The position numbers and the translations under genes are program-made. Under the pieces are notes generated by a model. That model was given only the letters and a program-made list of their open reading frames with translations, made no database searches and was not told the origin of the DNA. A DNA stretch of 64,000 bases from Polyangiaceae bacterium (GTDB lineage: Bacteria > Myxococcota_A > Polyangia > Polyangiales > Polyangiaceae), in contig JANRKO010000039.1 of the NCBI GenBank assembly GCA_033763455.1, forward strand, positions 161,499 through 225,498. The letters run 5' to 3'. This document shows, piece by piece, positions 1 to 10,243 of the stretch (positions are counted from its first letter, which is position 1; each line of letters begins with the position of its first letter).

Positions 1-1115
1 TCCCCAGCGCTCAACTGCACCTTCCCGCGAGCTTGCTTGGGCGGATGCACGCCGTCGTTGTCGATAACAACTTGGGAGCCGTCAATGATGAGCTTCGCAC
101 CGTCATCGCTTGAAAGGCGGAACTCATACTCCCCACCTTCTGCAATTTGGAAGGTGCCCACATAGCGGATCGCGAACCACTCAAAGCGATCAGCAATCCC
201 GGGAAAACCTCGGTCCCAGGCGCGCGGCGCGATGTCCCACTCGCACGCGTAGACAACGCTCACAGGCGTGAGGGATTCCCAATTCTTCGGGAGCTTCTTA
301 GTTTTCGCAGCAAGCGGGAACACCTGCCCCTCAAAGCAGCCGCGTACGGGCTTCTCGTAGCCGAAAACATTGGGCGGCGGCTCTGCTGGCGGCTCTATTG
401 GGTTTTCGAGTTCGGCGACGGTGGGCGGCGCTGCGGGAACGGGTGGCGGGGGCGGCGGTGGTGTTGCAGTGGCGGTAGCCGTGGGCGCGGGAGATGGCGC
501 TGCGGTTGCAGTGGGTGCAGGTGACGGCGGCACGGTGGCGGTTGGTGCGGGCGGTGGTGCTGCGGTTGCCGTTGGCGCGGGCGCTGGCGCGGGCGCTTTG
601 CTTGCCTGTGGCTTCGTGGGCAGCTTCCCCTGACCCCGACTTAGCACCGTGCCTTCAGAAGTAGCAGGCTTGCTGGCTACTTCTTCCCGCACCGGTGTGG
701 GCGGCACGGTGGGGGGAACCGGAGTGCGAGGCGGCGCACACTCAGTAGCGGCGCTCTGCCCGCCCGAAACTTTGCCAGACGCATCAGCAGCCCCCTTTGC
801 GCTTGCCCCATCTGGGCCGATCTTAGCAGTTCCCGCTAAGTGAGCGATGCCGACGAACTTGGTGGGAACCTGCGTTCGACACAGCCGCCCGCTCCGGCCT
901 TGCCAATCGATCTTAACGCTAGCCTTCACCGACTTGTGAAAACTTCCCGACCACTTGCTTCCCTTTCCGTCCGAGGCCCCTTCGTTAACAGGCGTGGGCG
1001 GTGGCGATTGACCCCCTTGACCCGTGGCCGAGGAGTTCGTGTCCGTGCTGGCGCGGAATTGGGCAGCACAGCCAGCGACGAGGAGCAAGGATAAAGCAGC
1101 AAGGGGACGACTCAT
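1..1115 (-). CDS. Lipoprotein with Pro/Ala/Thr linker and C-terminal PA14 domain (runs off the window edge; absent from the ORF track)
   Basis: Manual minus-strand translation from ATG 1115 gives MSRPLAALSLLLVAGC (lipobox), a Pro/Ala/Thr-rich linker at ~420-720, then GFPGIADRFEWFAIRYVGTF...EYEFRLSSDDGAKLIIDGSQVVIDNDGVHPP (PA14 signature). The frame is open to position 1. Confidence 0.85.
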   Translation of the reverse strand, partial: MSRPLAALSLLLVAGCAAQFRASTDTNSSATGQGGQSPPPTPVNEGASDGKGSKWSGSFHKSVKASVKIDWQGRSGRLCRTQVPTKFVGIAHLAGTAKIGPDGASAKGAADASGKVSGGQSAATECAPPRTPVPPTVPPTPVREEVASKPATSEGTVLSRGQGKLPTKPQASKAPAPAPAPTATAAPPPAPTATVPPSPAPTATAAPSPAPTATATATPPPPPPPVPAAPPTVAELENPIEPPAEPPPNVFGYEKPVRGCFEGQVFPLAAKTKKLPKNWESLTPVSVVYACEWDIAPRAWDRGFPGIADRFEWFAIRYVGTFQIAEGGEYEFRLSSDDGAKLIIDGSQVVIDNDGVHPPKQARGKVQLSAG

Positions 1116-1338
1116 TTAGCGGATATTCGCAGCTCGGCATGGGCGCGTCAAATGCGGCATCGGCACCTGGATTTCCTCGCATTGTCAAGCCGCTTCGTTC
1201 GGTGCTGGGGATTCCAATTCCGAAGATCGACTAGAAGCGTTAGCCAGAAACCCACAACGAATGGCCCTAAGTGGTGCTCCCGTGCGGGGGCGCTCACCGC
1301 TTCAGCGCGTTGCACCGCGCTCTTCGCCAATAAGCGGA

Positions 1339-1998
1339 TCAGCGTTGGCGTATCTTGCCGAGGTTTGACACTAAGTTGCAGTTTGCTACAGCACTGGCTA
1401 GACGCTGCTTTGCAAGCTCAAAGTTGTCGATAAGCTCGACGTTCCCCTGTTTGATGTGCAGCGTACCCACGTATTCGCAGCGGGCTTTTGCTTTGGGGAA
1501 CTCTAGGTTGACCGCGATGGTGCCCATCTCTCGCTTTCCGTGGAACTCAGGGTCTTTCCGGCCCTCCTCTTCGAAGAACGGGTACGAACGAATGAATGCT
1601 TCAAATGTGCGTTCTTGGACAGCACCGCCCAAGTTTAGTCCGCGCTTGGGGGAGGACCTCAGTCCTATGGAGGCCAGGTAGAAGGGCTCCCGTTCAGCCC
1701 TAACGCTAAAAATCCCACCATGTTCGAGAGCCTCTTGGGTCAGCCCACGAAGGGGTGACGCATCCTCCGGGTTACCGAAGGCCTCGCTGTCCTGAAAGTA
1801 CAAGAAACCGAGCGTAGTGGATTTATCATCTACGATGAGTTCTCCGATAACGACTCGCTCATCAGCGCCCACCCAATCAACGTCTTTGGCTCGAAGGTAG
1901 CCTTTCTGGCAGCCCGCGAGGCTACAGATCACGCCAAGGACCCCTGCGATTCGACTGCCGTTACGCGGTGCCACCCACATCGGAGGGCAGCCTAGCAA
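1339..1998 (-). CDS. Hypothetical lipoprotein
   Basis: 219-aa ORF with a hydrophobic stretch ending LAGC; start uncertain. Confidence 0.6.
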   Translation of the reverse strand: MLGCPPMWVAPRNGSRIAGVLGVICSLAGCQKGYLRAKDVDWVGADERVVIGELIVDDKSTTLGFLYFQDSEAFGNPEDASPLRGLTQEALEHGGIFSVRAEREPFYLASIGLRSSPKRGLNLGGAVQERTFEAFIRSYPFFEEEGRKDPEFHGKREMGTIAVNLEFPKAKARCEYVGTLHIKQGNVELIDNFELAKQRLASAVANCNLVSNLGKIRQR

Positions 1999-2025
1999 GA
2001 CCCGCTCACCGTGCCAATCGGCGCC

Positions 2026-2454
2026 TTACCCTGTTGGCTGGGCTAGGAGCTCACACTTAAAATCGACGACAGCTTGAACCACAAGAAAATCGCGATCCAT
2101 GGTCAGAACTGTCGCTCCGAGGACGCGTGCTGATAGGGCGACCAAGACGTCATTGACCAGTGACGCGCGGTGAACCTGATGCCCACGGTCGTGCAGCCTC
2201 TGAAGGACCTCCCCGGCCTGCGCCAGAGTGTCCGGCTGCAACCCGATGCATCGCCCTCCCGCTCGATAAGCGCGTGCTAGCTGGCCCAACGCTCGCCTCG
2301 CCGGAAGTGTACGAGCACCAACTGCAAGCTCCATGAGGACAACCCCAGAGAGGTACCGCGTTAGGCCACGCCCGAGCATTATGTCTTCGTGCAGACCACG
2401 ATTCAGCCAGTTGATGTAGACGTTGGTATCGATAATTACCTTACGCAGGCTCAT
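2026..2454 (-). CDS. vapC: PIN-domain (VapC-family) toxin
   Basis: IIDTNVYI, LMEL, NDVLVA, TMDRDF acidic residues; ATGA overlap with the upstream small gene. Confidence 0.85.
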   Translation of the reverse strand: MSLRKVIIDTNVYINWLNRGLHEDIMLGRGLTRYLSGVVLMELAVGARTLPARRALGQLARAYRAGGRCIGLQPDTLAQAGEVLQRLHDRGHQVHRASLVNDVLVALSARVLGATVLTMDRDFLVVQAVVDFKCELLAQPTG

Positions 2455-2642
2455 CGAACGACGGGCTCGAAGCCACCTATCGACCGAACGCGTCGATGCG
2501 CTTTCAGGATTGGCTCCTCACCCAACACAAGGTCCAGCGCCTGCTCCACCGTCTCCTGCTCCGTCTTTGCGCCCAAGAGCTTCTTCGCGCGATCAATCTT
2601 AGACTGATCAAGCTTCATGTGTTTGTGCTTCTGCATGTACAC
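2451..2642 (-). CDS. vapB: VapB-type antitoxin
   Basis: 63 aa, LDQSKIDRAKKLLGAKTEQETVEQAL pattern, directly upstream of the PIN gene. Confidence 0.8.
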   Translation of the reverse strand: MYMQKHKHMKLDQSKIDRAKKLLGAKTEQETVEQALDLVLGEEPILKAHRRVRSIGGFEPVVR

Positions 2643-2663
2643 AGATCATTCTAGCGTGTACAT
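2635..2663. promoter_or_regulatory. Putative vapBC operator (inverted repeat)
   Basis: ATGTACAC-N13-GTGTACAT overlapping the antitoxin start. Confidence 0.55.
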
Positions 2664-2778
2664 CGTCGATCGACCAGCAGAACTACCATCAAGCACCTTT
2701 CGCGGCTTCCTGGAAGTCTCTCGATCGGCCTCTATGGGCCTGCGTAGCCCGCCCGCTTAAGGTAAGTCGCCGCACTCC

Positions 2779-2794
2779 GACACACCCCGGAAAC
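2779..2794 (+). promoter_or_regulatory. Putative nitrogen-regulon box upstream of ureD (1 mismatch)
   Basis: GACAC-accccg-GAAAC. Confidence 0.35.
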
Positions 2795-2806
2795 CAAACC
2801 TCAGCC

Positions 2807-3679
2807 ATGCTACCGGGCTGGGCCATGCTTTCCCCCGAACCTCAGCCTAGCCAACCAAAAAGCCACGGGCCCTGGAACGCCCGGCTCTCGCTCGGGTTCT
2901 CCGAACGCCACAGAAGAACGATTCTAACCGCTGAGCAGCACCTGGGCCCGCTCGTGATCCAGAGGCCTTTTTATCCGGAAGATACCGGTGGTTGCCACGT
3001 GTATATCCTGCATCCACCAGGCGGTGTCGCCGGTGGTGATCGGTTGACTTTCGAAGCTCGGCTTGGCGCTGGTGCACAGGTTTTATTCACAACGCCAGGC
3101 GCCACAAAATATTATCGCACGGGCGATCTGCCTGCGAGCCAACATCAAGCCTTGAGTGTGGGCTCTGGTGGATTTCTGGAGTGGCTCCCACAGGAAACTA
3201 TCGTTTTTAGCGGCGCGGACGTAACTCTCGGCACGAGCGTTGAGCTTGGGGAAAACGCTGGGTTTGTGGGTTGGGAGATCTTGTGCTTGGGGCGGCGCGC
3301 GGGAGGCCACAGCTTTGACTTGGGGAGCGTGCGGCAACGCTTTGAAGTTCGTACTCAAGAAGGGCCACAGGTTCTCGATCGCGCACTCTACGAAGCGAAG
3401 AGCAGCCTCCTTCGGGCGGCCTATGGCCTAAATGGCGCGTCGGTGGTGGGGGTACTGCTGATAGCTCAGGGCACCCCAGCGTTAGTGGAGAGCATTCGCG
3501 CGGGCTGGGCGGGCCGCGCCGCACTGGTTTCGGCCACACTCGTCAACGGCATCGCTATCTGTCGCTATCTTGGGGAGAGTGCCGCGGAGGCCAAGGCGCT
3601 CTTTACCGATGCCTGGATCATTGCCAAAACGGCTCTTACCGGGGCTCGGCCTGCTCTGCCTAGGATCTGGGCCACCTGA
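2807..3679 (+). CDS. ureD: Urease accessory protein UreD
   Basis: HLGPLVIQRPFYPE, HPPGGVAGGD, TTPGATKYY, LEWLPQETI, PRIWAT. Confidence 0.95.
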   Translation: MLPGWAMLSPEPQPSQPKSHGPWNARLSLGFSERHRRTILTAEQHLGPLVIQRPFYPEDTGGCHVYILHPPGGVAGGDRLTFEARLGAGAQVLFTTPGATKYYRTGDLPASQHQALSVGSGGFLEWLPQETIVFSGADVTLGTSVELGENAGFVGWEILCLGRRAGGHSFDLGSVRQRFEVRTQEGPQVLDRALYEAKSSLLRAAYGLNGASVVGVLLIAQGTPALVESIRAGWAGRAALVSATLVNGIAICRYLGESAAEAKALFTDAWIIAKTALTGARPALPRIWAT

Positions 3680-3697
3680 AGAAGCGAAAGATACGCC

Positions 3698-4000
3698 ATG
3701 GAACTATTACCGCGAGAGAAAGATAAGCTGCTGTTGTTTACGGCAGGGCTCCTTGCCGAACGCCGGCGGGCCCGGGGGCTAAAGCTCAACTACCCGGAGG
3801 CCGTCGCTTTCATATCCGCAGCAATTCTTGAAGGCGCCCGGGATGGCAGAACGGTAGCTGAGCTCATGAGCTTCGGTAAAACGTTGCTGCGCCGTGATGA
3901 AGTGATGGAGGGCGTGCCGGAGATGATCCCCGAAGTGCAGGTGGAGGCCACCTTTCCAGATGGCACGAAGCTAGTGACCGTCCACAACCCGATCGTTTGA
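3698..4000 (+). CDS. ureA: Urease gamma subunit
   Basis: [11 protein letters not shown]...LNYPEA...[17 protein letters not shown]. Confidence 0.98.
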   Translation: MELLPREKDKLLLFTAGLLAERRRARGLKLNYPEAVAFISAAILEGARDGRTVAELMSFGKTLLRRDEVMEGVPEMIPEVQVEATFPDGTKLVTVHNPIV

Positions 4001-4008
4001 GGCACGCT

Positions 4009-4317
4009 ATGTTACCCGGAGAAATCATTACCTTAGACGGCAACATCGAGCTCAATGTTGGCCGCCCAACGCTCAGTATTACCGTGGCAAACTCTGGAGA
4101 TCGACCGATTCAGGTGGGCTCCCACTATCACTTCTACGAAACCAATGCGGCGCTCTTGTTCGACCGCGAACCAACTCGCGGTTTCCATTTGAACATCGCC
4201 GCGGGTACGGCCGTTCGTTTTGAGCCAGGGCAAACACGCAGCGTCGAGCTCGTGGCTTATGCCGGTAAACGCGAGATATTTGGCTTCAATGCCAAGGTAA
4301 TGGGGGCGCTCGAATAA
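4009..4317 (+). CDS. ureB: Urease beta subunit
   Basis: MLPGEI...[13 protein letters not shown]...GTAVRFEPG. Confidence 0.98.
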   Translation: MLPGEIITLDGNIELNVGRPTLSITVANSGDRPIQVGSHYHFYETNAALLFDREPTRGFHLNIAAGTAVRFEPGQTRSVELVAYAGKREIFGFNAKVMGALE

Positions 4318-6020
4318 TGGTTAGCATCAGCCGGCGGGCATACGCTGAAATGTACGGGCCCACCGTGGGCGATCGGGTTCGCCTGGGGGACACTGAGCTT
4401 TGGATCTGCGTGGAGGAAGATCGCACTGTATATGGCGATGAAGTGAAGTTTGGCGGCGGGAAAGTGATCCGAGATGGCATGGGCCAAAGCCAGCTCACCA
4501 ATCGCGACGCAGTAGATACGGTGATTACCAACGCTCTCATCTTGGACCATTGGGGCATCGTGAAGGCCGACATTGGGATCCGCGCCGGGCGCATTTCTGG
4601 CATTGGCAAAGCGGGCAACCCAGACACACAAGCTAACGTCACTATCGTGATTGGCCCTGGTACAGAAGTGATCGCAGGCGAAGGGCTCATTGCAACGCCG
4701 GGCGGTATTGATTCGCACATTCACTTCATTTGCCCTCAACAAATCGACGACGCTTTGATGAGCGGCGTCACCACCATGATAGGTGGGGGCACGGGGCCAG
4801 CTGCGGGCACCAGCGCCACCACATGCACGCCTGGGCCTTGGAACATCCACCGCATGCTCCAGGCAGCAGATGCGCTGCCGATGAATCTAGGCTTTTTGGG
4901 CAAGGGGAATGCCAGCCTGCCGGCGGCACTCGATGAACAAGTGGAAGCGGGAGTGATGGGCCTGAAGCTTCACGAAGATTGGGGCACCACACCCGCGGCT
5001 ATCGACAATTGCCTGAGCGTTGCCGAGCGCTTTGACATCCAGGTGGCCATCCATACGGACACCTTGAATGAATCTGGGTTTGTAGAGGACACCTTCCGAG
5101 CTTTCAAGAACCGCTCCATTCATGCCTACCACACGGAGGGAGCCGGTGGCGGCCATGCTCCGGATATCATCAAAGCTTGTGGGCTGGATTGTGTGTTGCC
5201 CTCCTCCACGAATCCCACGCGCCCGTACACCATCAACACCATCGATGAACATCTAGACATGCTCATGGTGTGCCACCACCTAGATCCTGCCATCGCAGAA
5301 GATGTGGCGTTCGCCGAATCTCGCATCCGCAGAGAAACGATTGCCGCCGAAGACATCCTGCACGATCTTGGCGCTTTCAGTATGATCTCATCGGATTCCC
5401 AAGCTATGGGGCGCGTGGGCGAAGTGGCCATTCGCACGTGGCAAACGGCGCACAAGATGAAAGTGCAACGCGGCAGCTTGGCGCAAGATCCTGCCGAGCA
5501 CGATAATTTCCGAGCGAAACGCTACATCGCCAAATACACCATTAACCCCGCCATTACGCATGGCATTGCGCATGAAGTGGGCTCGATTGAGGTCGGAAAG
5601 CTCGCGGATATTGTGCTCTTCAAGCCCGCCTTTTTCGCCGCCAAGCCAGCCCTCATCATCAAAGGTGGGCTCATTATTGCCGCGCCCATGGGCGATCCGA
5701 ACGCCTCCATCCCAACGCCACAGCCCGTGCACTACCGCCCCATGTTCGGAGCGCTTGCGGGTGCACGGCACGCCACGTGTCTGACGTTCATCTCCCAGGC
5801 GGCAGAGGCGCTCGGCATCCCTCAAACGCTGCAGCTCAAAAAACGCTCCGTTGCCGTGAAGGATACGCGCTCGGTGAGAAAATCAAGTCTCATTCACAAC
5901 AGCTATCTACCTCACATGGAAGTGGATCCGCAAACGTATGAAGTGCGTGCCGACGGCGAAAAGTTGGTGTGTGAGCCTGCCGCCTCTCTGCCGCTTGCTC
6001 AACGCTACTTCTTGTTTTGA
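4317..6020 (+). CDS. ureC: Urease alpha subunit
   Basis: [41 protein letters not shown]. Confidence 0.99.
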   Translation: MVSISRRAYAEMYGPTVGDRVRLGDTELWICVEEDRTVYGDEVKFGGGKVIRDGMGQSQLTNRDAVDTVITNALILDHWGIVKADIGIRAGRISGIGKAGNPDTQANVTIVIGPGTEVIAGEGLIATPGGIDSHIHFICPQQIDDALMSGVTTMIGGGTGPAAGTSATTCTPGPWNIHRMLQAADALPMNLGFLGKGNASLPAALDEQVEAGVMGLKLHEDWGTTPAAIDNCLSVAERFDIQVAIHTDTLNESGFVEDTFRAFKNRSIHAYHTEGAGGGHAPDIIKACGLDCVLPSSTNPTRPYTINTIDEHLDMLMVCHHLDPAIAEDVAFAESRIRRETIAAEDILHDLGAFSMISSDSQAMGRVGEVAIRTWQTAHKMKVQRGSLAQDPAEHDNFRAKRYIAKYTINPAITHGIAHEVGSIEVGKLADIVLFKPAFFAAKPALIIKGGLIIAAPMGDPNASIPTPQPVHYRPMFGALAGARHATCLTFISQAAEALGIPQTLQLKKRSVAVKDTRSVRKSSLIHNSYLPHMEVDPQTYEVRADGEKLVCEPAASLPLAQRYFLF

Positions 6021-6026
6021 GGCACC

Positions 6027-6734
6027 ATGCTGAAAGTTACCGAAAGACTCACCGTTCTGCAGCCGAAGAGCGATTGCGTTCTCTCTCTCCCTTTTGAGCT
6101 CCGTCAACGCAGCCGCCTGCGCTGTGTAGATACGAACGGGCGCGAGCTTGGGCTATTCCTCGCGCGTGGCGGAGTGCTACGCCATGGAGACCAATTGCGC
6201 GCCGAAAATGGCGAAATCATCACCGTTGAAGCCGCTCTTGAAACGGTATCGATCGTCACGAGCGACAATCCTTTTGAGCTAAGCCGAGCTGCGTATCACC
6301 TCGGGAACCGGCACATTCCGCTCGAAATCAAGCCAGGGCGCTTAGCTTACCACCACGACCATGTGCTCGACGACATGGTGCGAACCTTGGGCTTCGAAAT
6401 CCAGGTCAAAGATGCGCGCTTCGAGCCCGAGCCCGGCGCGTACGGTGGCCACACACATACGCACGGAAGCAGCGATCATCATCACGATCACACGCAGCGT
6501 GACCATCATCACGATCACACGCAGCATGACCATCATCACGATCACATCCAGGGTGACGATCACCACACCGACCATCACCACATCGACCATCACCACACCG
6601 AGCACGATCGCCGGCACACCGGGCACGATCACCACACCGGGCACGATCGCCACACCGGACACGATCACCACGTAGACCACTCAGATCACGCAGACGATCC
6701 CAACACTCACACAGCGCCCGACCCTCATCATTGA
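6027..6734 (+). CDS. ureE: Urease nickel chaperone UreE with very long His-rich tail
   Basis: AAYHLGNRH, FEPEPGAY, followed by ~95 aa with about 39 His. Confidence 0.95.
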   Translation: MLKVTERLTVLQPKSDCVLSLPFELRQRSRLRCVDTNGRELGLFLARGGVLRHGDQLRAENGEIITVEAALETVSIVTSDNPFELSRAAYHLGNRHIPLEIKPGRLAYHHDHVLDDMVRTLGFEIQVKDARFEPEPGAYGGHTHTHGSSDHHHDHTQRDHHHDHTQHDHHHDHIQGDDHHTDHHHIDHHHTEHDRRHTGHDHHTGHDRHTGHDHHVDHSDHADDPNTHTAPDPHH

Positions 6735-7456
6735 TGAACGCTTTGGCTCACCCCTCGCTGCCCCCTGAGGCTCGCTCTACACCAACAGAACTTGAGTCGT
6801 TGGCTTTGCTGCGGCTTATCCAGCTAGCATCTCCCACGTTGCCGATCGGTGCGTACGCCTACTCGCAGGGACTTGAGGCCGCCGTCGAGCAAGGCTCGGT
6901 GAGCTCGGAAGCCGACGCTGTGAAGTGGATAGGTGGTGTCTTGGAGCATGGCCTGCGTGCGCTCGATCTGCCCGTTTTGGCCCGTCTTTATGCCGCTTGG
7001 CAGGCAGAGGACGAAAATCTAGTGCAGCGATGGAGTCAATTTCTTTGCGCGAGCCGCGAATCGCGTGAGCTCTTGCTCGAAGAAGAGCAGCTCGGTGAAA
7101 GCCTCCGGAAGTTGTTGTGTGAGTTGGGCGCCAGCCTGGCCGAGGCGCGCCGCGTACGAGCTACCTACCTCGGCTACTTTGCTCTAGGCGCTGTGCACTT
7201 TCGAGTCCCACTCACGCCTGCCCTCTCAGGTTACTGCTTCGCCTGGGCGGAGCATCAGGTGAGCGCCGCAAGCCGCTTGATCCCGCTGGGCCCCATGGCT
7301 AGCCAACGCCTGCTCTCGCAGATCCTAAGCCTAGTGCCTCGCACCATTGAACGCGCACTCACGCTCGCGGATGAAGGCATCGGTGTCACCCTTCCCCGAC
7401 AAGCGATCGGCAGTGCACTCCACGAAACCCAATACACCCGAATCTTTCGCTCCTAG
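6734..7456 (+). CDS. ureF: Urease accessory protein UreF
   Basis: LASPTLPIGAYAYSQGLE, HETQYTRIFRS. Confidence 0.95.
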   Translation: MNALAHPSLPPEARSTPTELESLALLRLIQLASPTLPIGAYAYSQGLEAAVEQGSVSSEADAVKWIGGVLEHGLRALDLPVLARLYAAWQAEDENLVQRWSQFLCASRESRELLLEEEQLGESLRKLLCELGASLAEARRVRATYLGYFALGAVHFRVPLTPALSGYCFAWAEHQVSAASRLIPLGPMASQRLLSQILSLVPRTIERALTLADEGIGVTLPRQAIGSALHETQYTRIFRS

Positions 7457-7707
7457 GCACCACATGGCTCACTCTCATCTTCCGCTCCCGGGTGCATACT
7501 TCACACCAGGCACTTCGCTGACGGCGAATGGATACCAGGGCACTTTACCCTCTCGCCTTGAAAGGCTCGCCACTCCCCCTAACCTTGCGCGCCTTCGTTC
7601 CAAACCCGCATGGCCCGCCACGCCCGCTAACCTTGCGCGCCTTGGTGCCAAGCGGCGGCCCCCAAATCCTGAACCTCGTATTTTTTTTCACCACTTAGGA
7701 GGACCCA

Positions 7708-8343
7708 ATGAAACCAGAACATACACTCAGAATGGGAGTTGGCGGCCCCGTAGGCTCGGGGAAAACCGCGCTGGTAGATGCGCTGTGCAAGAAGCTCCGC
7801 ACCCGCTACCAAATCGCCGTCGTTACTAACGACATTTACACCAAGGAAGACGCCAACTTCCTGATCCGAAGCGGCGCTCTCACCGAAGATCGCATCGTCG
7901 GCGTGGAAACCGGAGGCTGCCCCCACACCGCCATCCGCGAAGACGCCTCCATCAATCTGGCCGCTGTCGACCAAATGATGGAGCGCTTCACTGATCTTGA
8001 CATGATCATCATTGAAAGCGGCGGCGATAATCTGAGCGCTACATTCAGCCCCGAGCTTTCCGACCTCACGCTGTACGTTATCGATGTCGCCGCAGGCGAC
8101 AAGATCCCTCGCAAAGGCGGCCCCGGAATCACAAAAAGCGATCTTCTGATTATCAACAAGATCGATCTAGCACCACACGTCGGCGCGTCTTTGGAAGTAA
8201 TGCGGCGTGACGCCCTCACCATGCGGGGAGAGCGCCCCTTTATCTTCACGAACATGAAAACGGGCGAGGGGCTGGCTCAGGTCATCGAATTCATCGAAAA
8301 GCGCGGCATGCTGCGCGCCCGCACCGAGGGAGACAGCGCATAA
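7708..8343 (+). CDS. ureG: Urease GTPase UreG
   Basis: [28 protein letters not shown]. Confidence 0.98.
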   Translation: MKPEHTLRMGVGGPVGSGKTALVDALCKKLRTRYQIAVVTNDIYTKEDANFLIRSGALTEDRIVGVETGGCPHTAIREDASINLAAVDQMMERFTDLDMIIIESGGDNLSATFSPELSDLTLYVIDVAAGDKIPRKGGPGITKSDLLIINKIDLAPHVGASLEVMRRDALTMRGERPFIFTNMKTGEGLAQVIEFIEKRGMLRARTEGDSA

Positions 8344-8352
8344 CTACCAGGC

Positions 8353-8400
8353 CACTTTCGCACACGCCCACACTTTCGCACACGCCCACAGTTTCGCTCA
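8353..8400. repeat. 18-bp tandem repeat (about 2.6 copies)
   Basis: cactttcgcacacgccca twice, then cagtttcgctca. Confidence 0.8.
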
Positions 8401-8406
8401 CGTGCG

Positions 8407-8591
8407 GAGCACCCCTTCAGACTGTTAACAAGTACTTGTCATGACAACTACTTCAGCGCTCCGCTACACCCCTCTTCCGGCGCCGCTCCAGGATTGGCGA
8501 AACGAGCGCTGGCGAGCACCCCTTCAGACAGTTAACAAGTACTTGTCATGACAACTACTTCAGCGCTCCGCTACACCCCTCTCCCGGCGCC
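8407..8591. repeat. 78-bp direct repeat x2 (8407-8484, 8514-8591) with a palindromic core
   Basis: Copies differ at 2 positions; core contains GTTAAC, ACAAGTACTTGT and TTGTCATGACAA palindromes; 29-bp spacer. Confidence 0.9.
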
Positions 8592-8614
8592 AGCTTGGCC
8601 ACGGAGCCTCACCC

Positions 8615-9307
8615 TCATACCACTAAGTAGCGCTGTATTAGGGCGTCATCGAGTTCCTCGATCTTCCCACTCGCTACCGAGCGCCCGCGATCCAAGATCG
8701 AGAACTGTGAAGCTACGCGACGAGCAAACTTGAGCTTCTGCTCCACGAGCAATACGGTGAGCCCCTCGGCCTGAAGCTTGAGCAACACGTCTCCAATTTG
8801 CTGCACAATGTTTGGCTGGATCCCTTCGGTGGGTTCGTCCAAGATCAAGAGCTTCGGGTCAAGTGCGAGAGCACGCCCGATCGCTAGCTGCTGCTGTTGG
8901 CCGCCCGAAAGATCGCCACCGCGGCGCTTCAGCATCGTCTTTAAGATCGGAAAAAGCTCCATGATCTTCTCTGGGAGCTTCTTTTTGCCATCGCGCCTTG
9001 CGGAGAGCCCTATCCGTAGGTTCTCTTCAACGGTGAGCTGCGAGAATATCTCGCGGCCTTGTGGCACAAACCCGATTCCGCGGCGCGCCCGTTCTTCAGG
9101 CGGCGATTTGCTCAAATCTTTCCCCTCGAATTCTACCGTGCCAGAGGCCACGCGCAGGCCCCCCATGATGCTCTTGAGGAGTGTCGTTTTCCCCACGCCG
9201 TTGCGCCCCATCAAACACGTGCACTGCCCCACCGGAACGTCGAGCCCCACGTCCCAAAGGGTATGGCTCTCACCGTAGAATTGATTGAGTGCTTGGATCT
9301 TCAACAC
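8615..9307 (-). CDS. urtE: Urea ABC transporter ATPase UrtE
   Basis: LNQFYGESH, GRNGVGKT, LSGGQQQQL, DEPTEGIQP. Confidence 0.95.
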   Translation of the reverse strand: MLKIQALNQFYGESHTLWDVGLDVPVGQCTCLMGRNGVGKTTLLKSIMGGLRVASGTVEFEGKDLSKSPPEERARRGIGFVPQGREIFSQLTVEENLRIGLSARRDGKKKLPEKIMELFPILKTMLKRRGGDLSGGQQQQLAIGRALALDPKLLILDEPTEGIQPNIVQQIGDVLLKLQAEGLTVLLVEQKLKFARRVASQFSILDRGRSVASGKIEELDDALIQRYLVV

Positions 9308-9310
9308 GGC

Positions 9311-10243
9311 TCATTCCCCTAAGTAAACTTCGATCACCTTTGGGTCGCTTTGCACCTGACTCATGGAGCCTTCCGCTAATACACGCCCTTCGTGAAGCAC
9401 AGTGACGGTATCGCCCGCGATGCTCCGCACAAAGTCCATGTCGTGCTCAACGACCACCACGGTGTGCTTTCCAGCCAGAGATTTAAGCAACTCCGCAGTG
9501 CGTTCTACCTCTTGGTGGCTCATCCCAGCGATGGGCTCATCCACCAACAACAAGCGTGGATCGAGCACCAGGAGCATCCCAATTTCTAACCACTGCTTCT
9601 GACCATGGGAGAGAAGCCCGGCCAAAACGTCTCGCTCAGCAGACAACCCTACGAGCTGCAACACCTCATCCAGCTTGTCTTGCCAAGGCCCACGGCGAGG
9701 GGCAAATAAGGTCTGAAAGACGCCCTTTTTGGCCTTGAGCGCGATCTCTAGGTTTTCAACCACGGAGTGCTGCCCAAAGACGGTAGGACGCTGAAACTTG
9801 CGACCAATCCCTCTGTGAACGATCTCGTGCTCGGCAAGCGTGGTCAGATCTGTCGCCTCGCCAACAAAGAAGACGCTCCCCTCATCTGGTCTCGTCTTGC
9901 CTGTGATGACGTCCATTAGCGTGCTCTTCCCAGCGCCGTTGGGCCCGATGATACACCGGAGCTCCCCATCGTCGAAGATGAGCGTCAAGTCGGTGAGTGC
10001 GCGAAAGCCATCAAAGCTTACGCTCACGTTGTCCACACAGAGCAACGCATTGGCGCGGTGCTGCCGTACGGCTGCTTGGCGCTCGGTGCTTACGGTATTC
10101 GCATTTCTGAGCGGCCAGAGCGACTGCCTTTCCTTTTTAACTGGTAACGACGGAGCCTGCGAGGGCAACTTTCGTTCCGCTTCCGCCGACTGGACTGATA
10201 GCTCGGACGACTCAAACAGTGCTTTTTTCTCCACTGCACTCAT
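9311..10243 (-). CDS. urtD: Urea ABC transporter ATPase UrtD
   Basis: VSFDGFRAL, GPNGAGKST, LSHGQKQWLEIGM; start placed at ATG 10243 overlapping the urtC stop. Confidence 0.93.
   Translation of the reverse strand: MSAVEKKALFESSELSVQSAEAERKLPSQAPSLPVKKERQSLWPLRNANTVSTERQAAVRQHRANALLCVDNVSVSFDGFRALTDLTLIFDDGELRCIIGPNGAGKSTLMDVITGKTRPDEGSVFFVGEATDLTTLAEHEIVHRGIGRKFQRPTVFGQHSVVENLEIALKAKKGVFQTLFAPRRGPWQDKLDEVLQLVGLSAERDVLAGLLSHGQKQWLEIGMLLVLDPRLLLVDEPIAGMSHQEVERTAELLKSLAGKHTVVVVEHDMDFVRSIAGDTVTVLHEGRVLAEGSMSQVQSDPKVIEVYLGE

Noticed and set aside
7579..7643. 17-bp direct repeat ctaaccttgcgcgcctt in the ureF-ureG gap, and ORF 7347-7829
   Set aside because: Looks like a local duplication; the ORF overlaps ureF and ureG out of frame and has no recognisable motif.
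8353..8591. Possible mini-CRISPR array
   Set aside because: Only two units of 78 bp, too long for CRISPR repeats, with one spacer and no cas genes.
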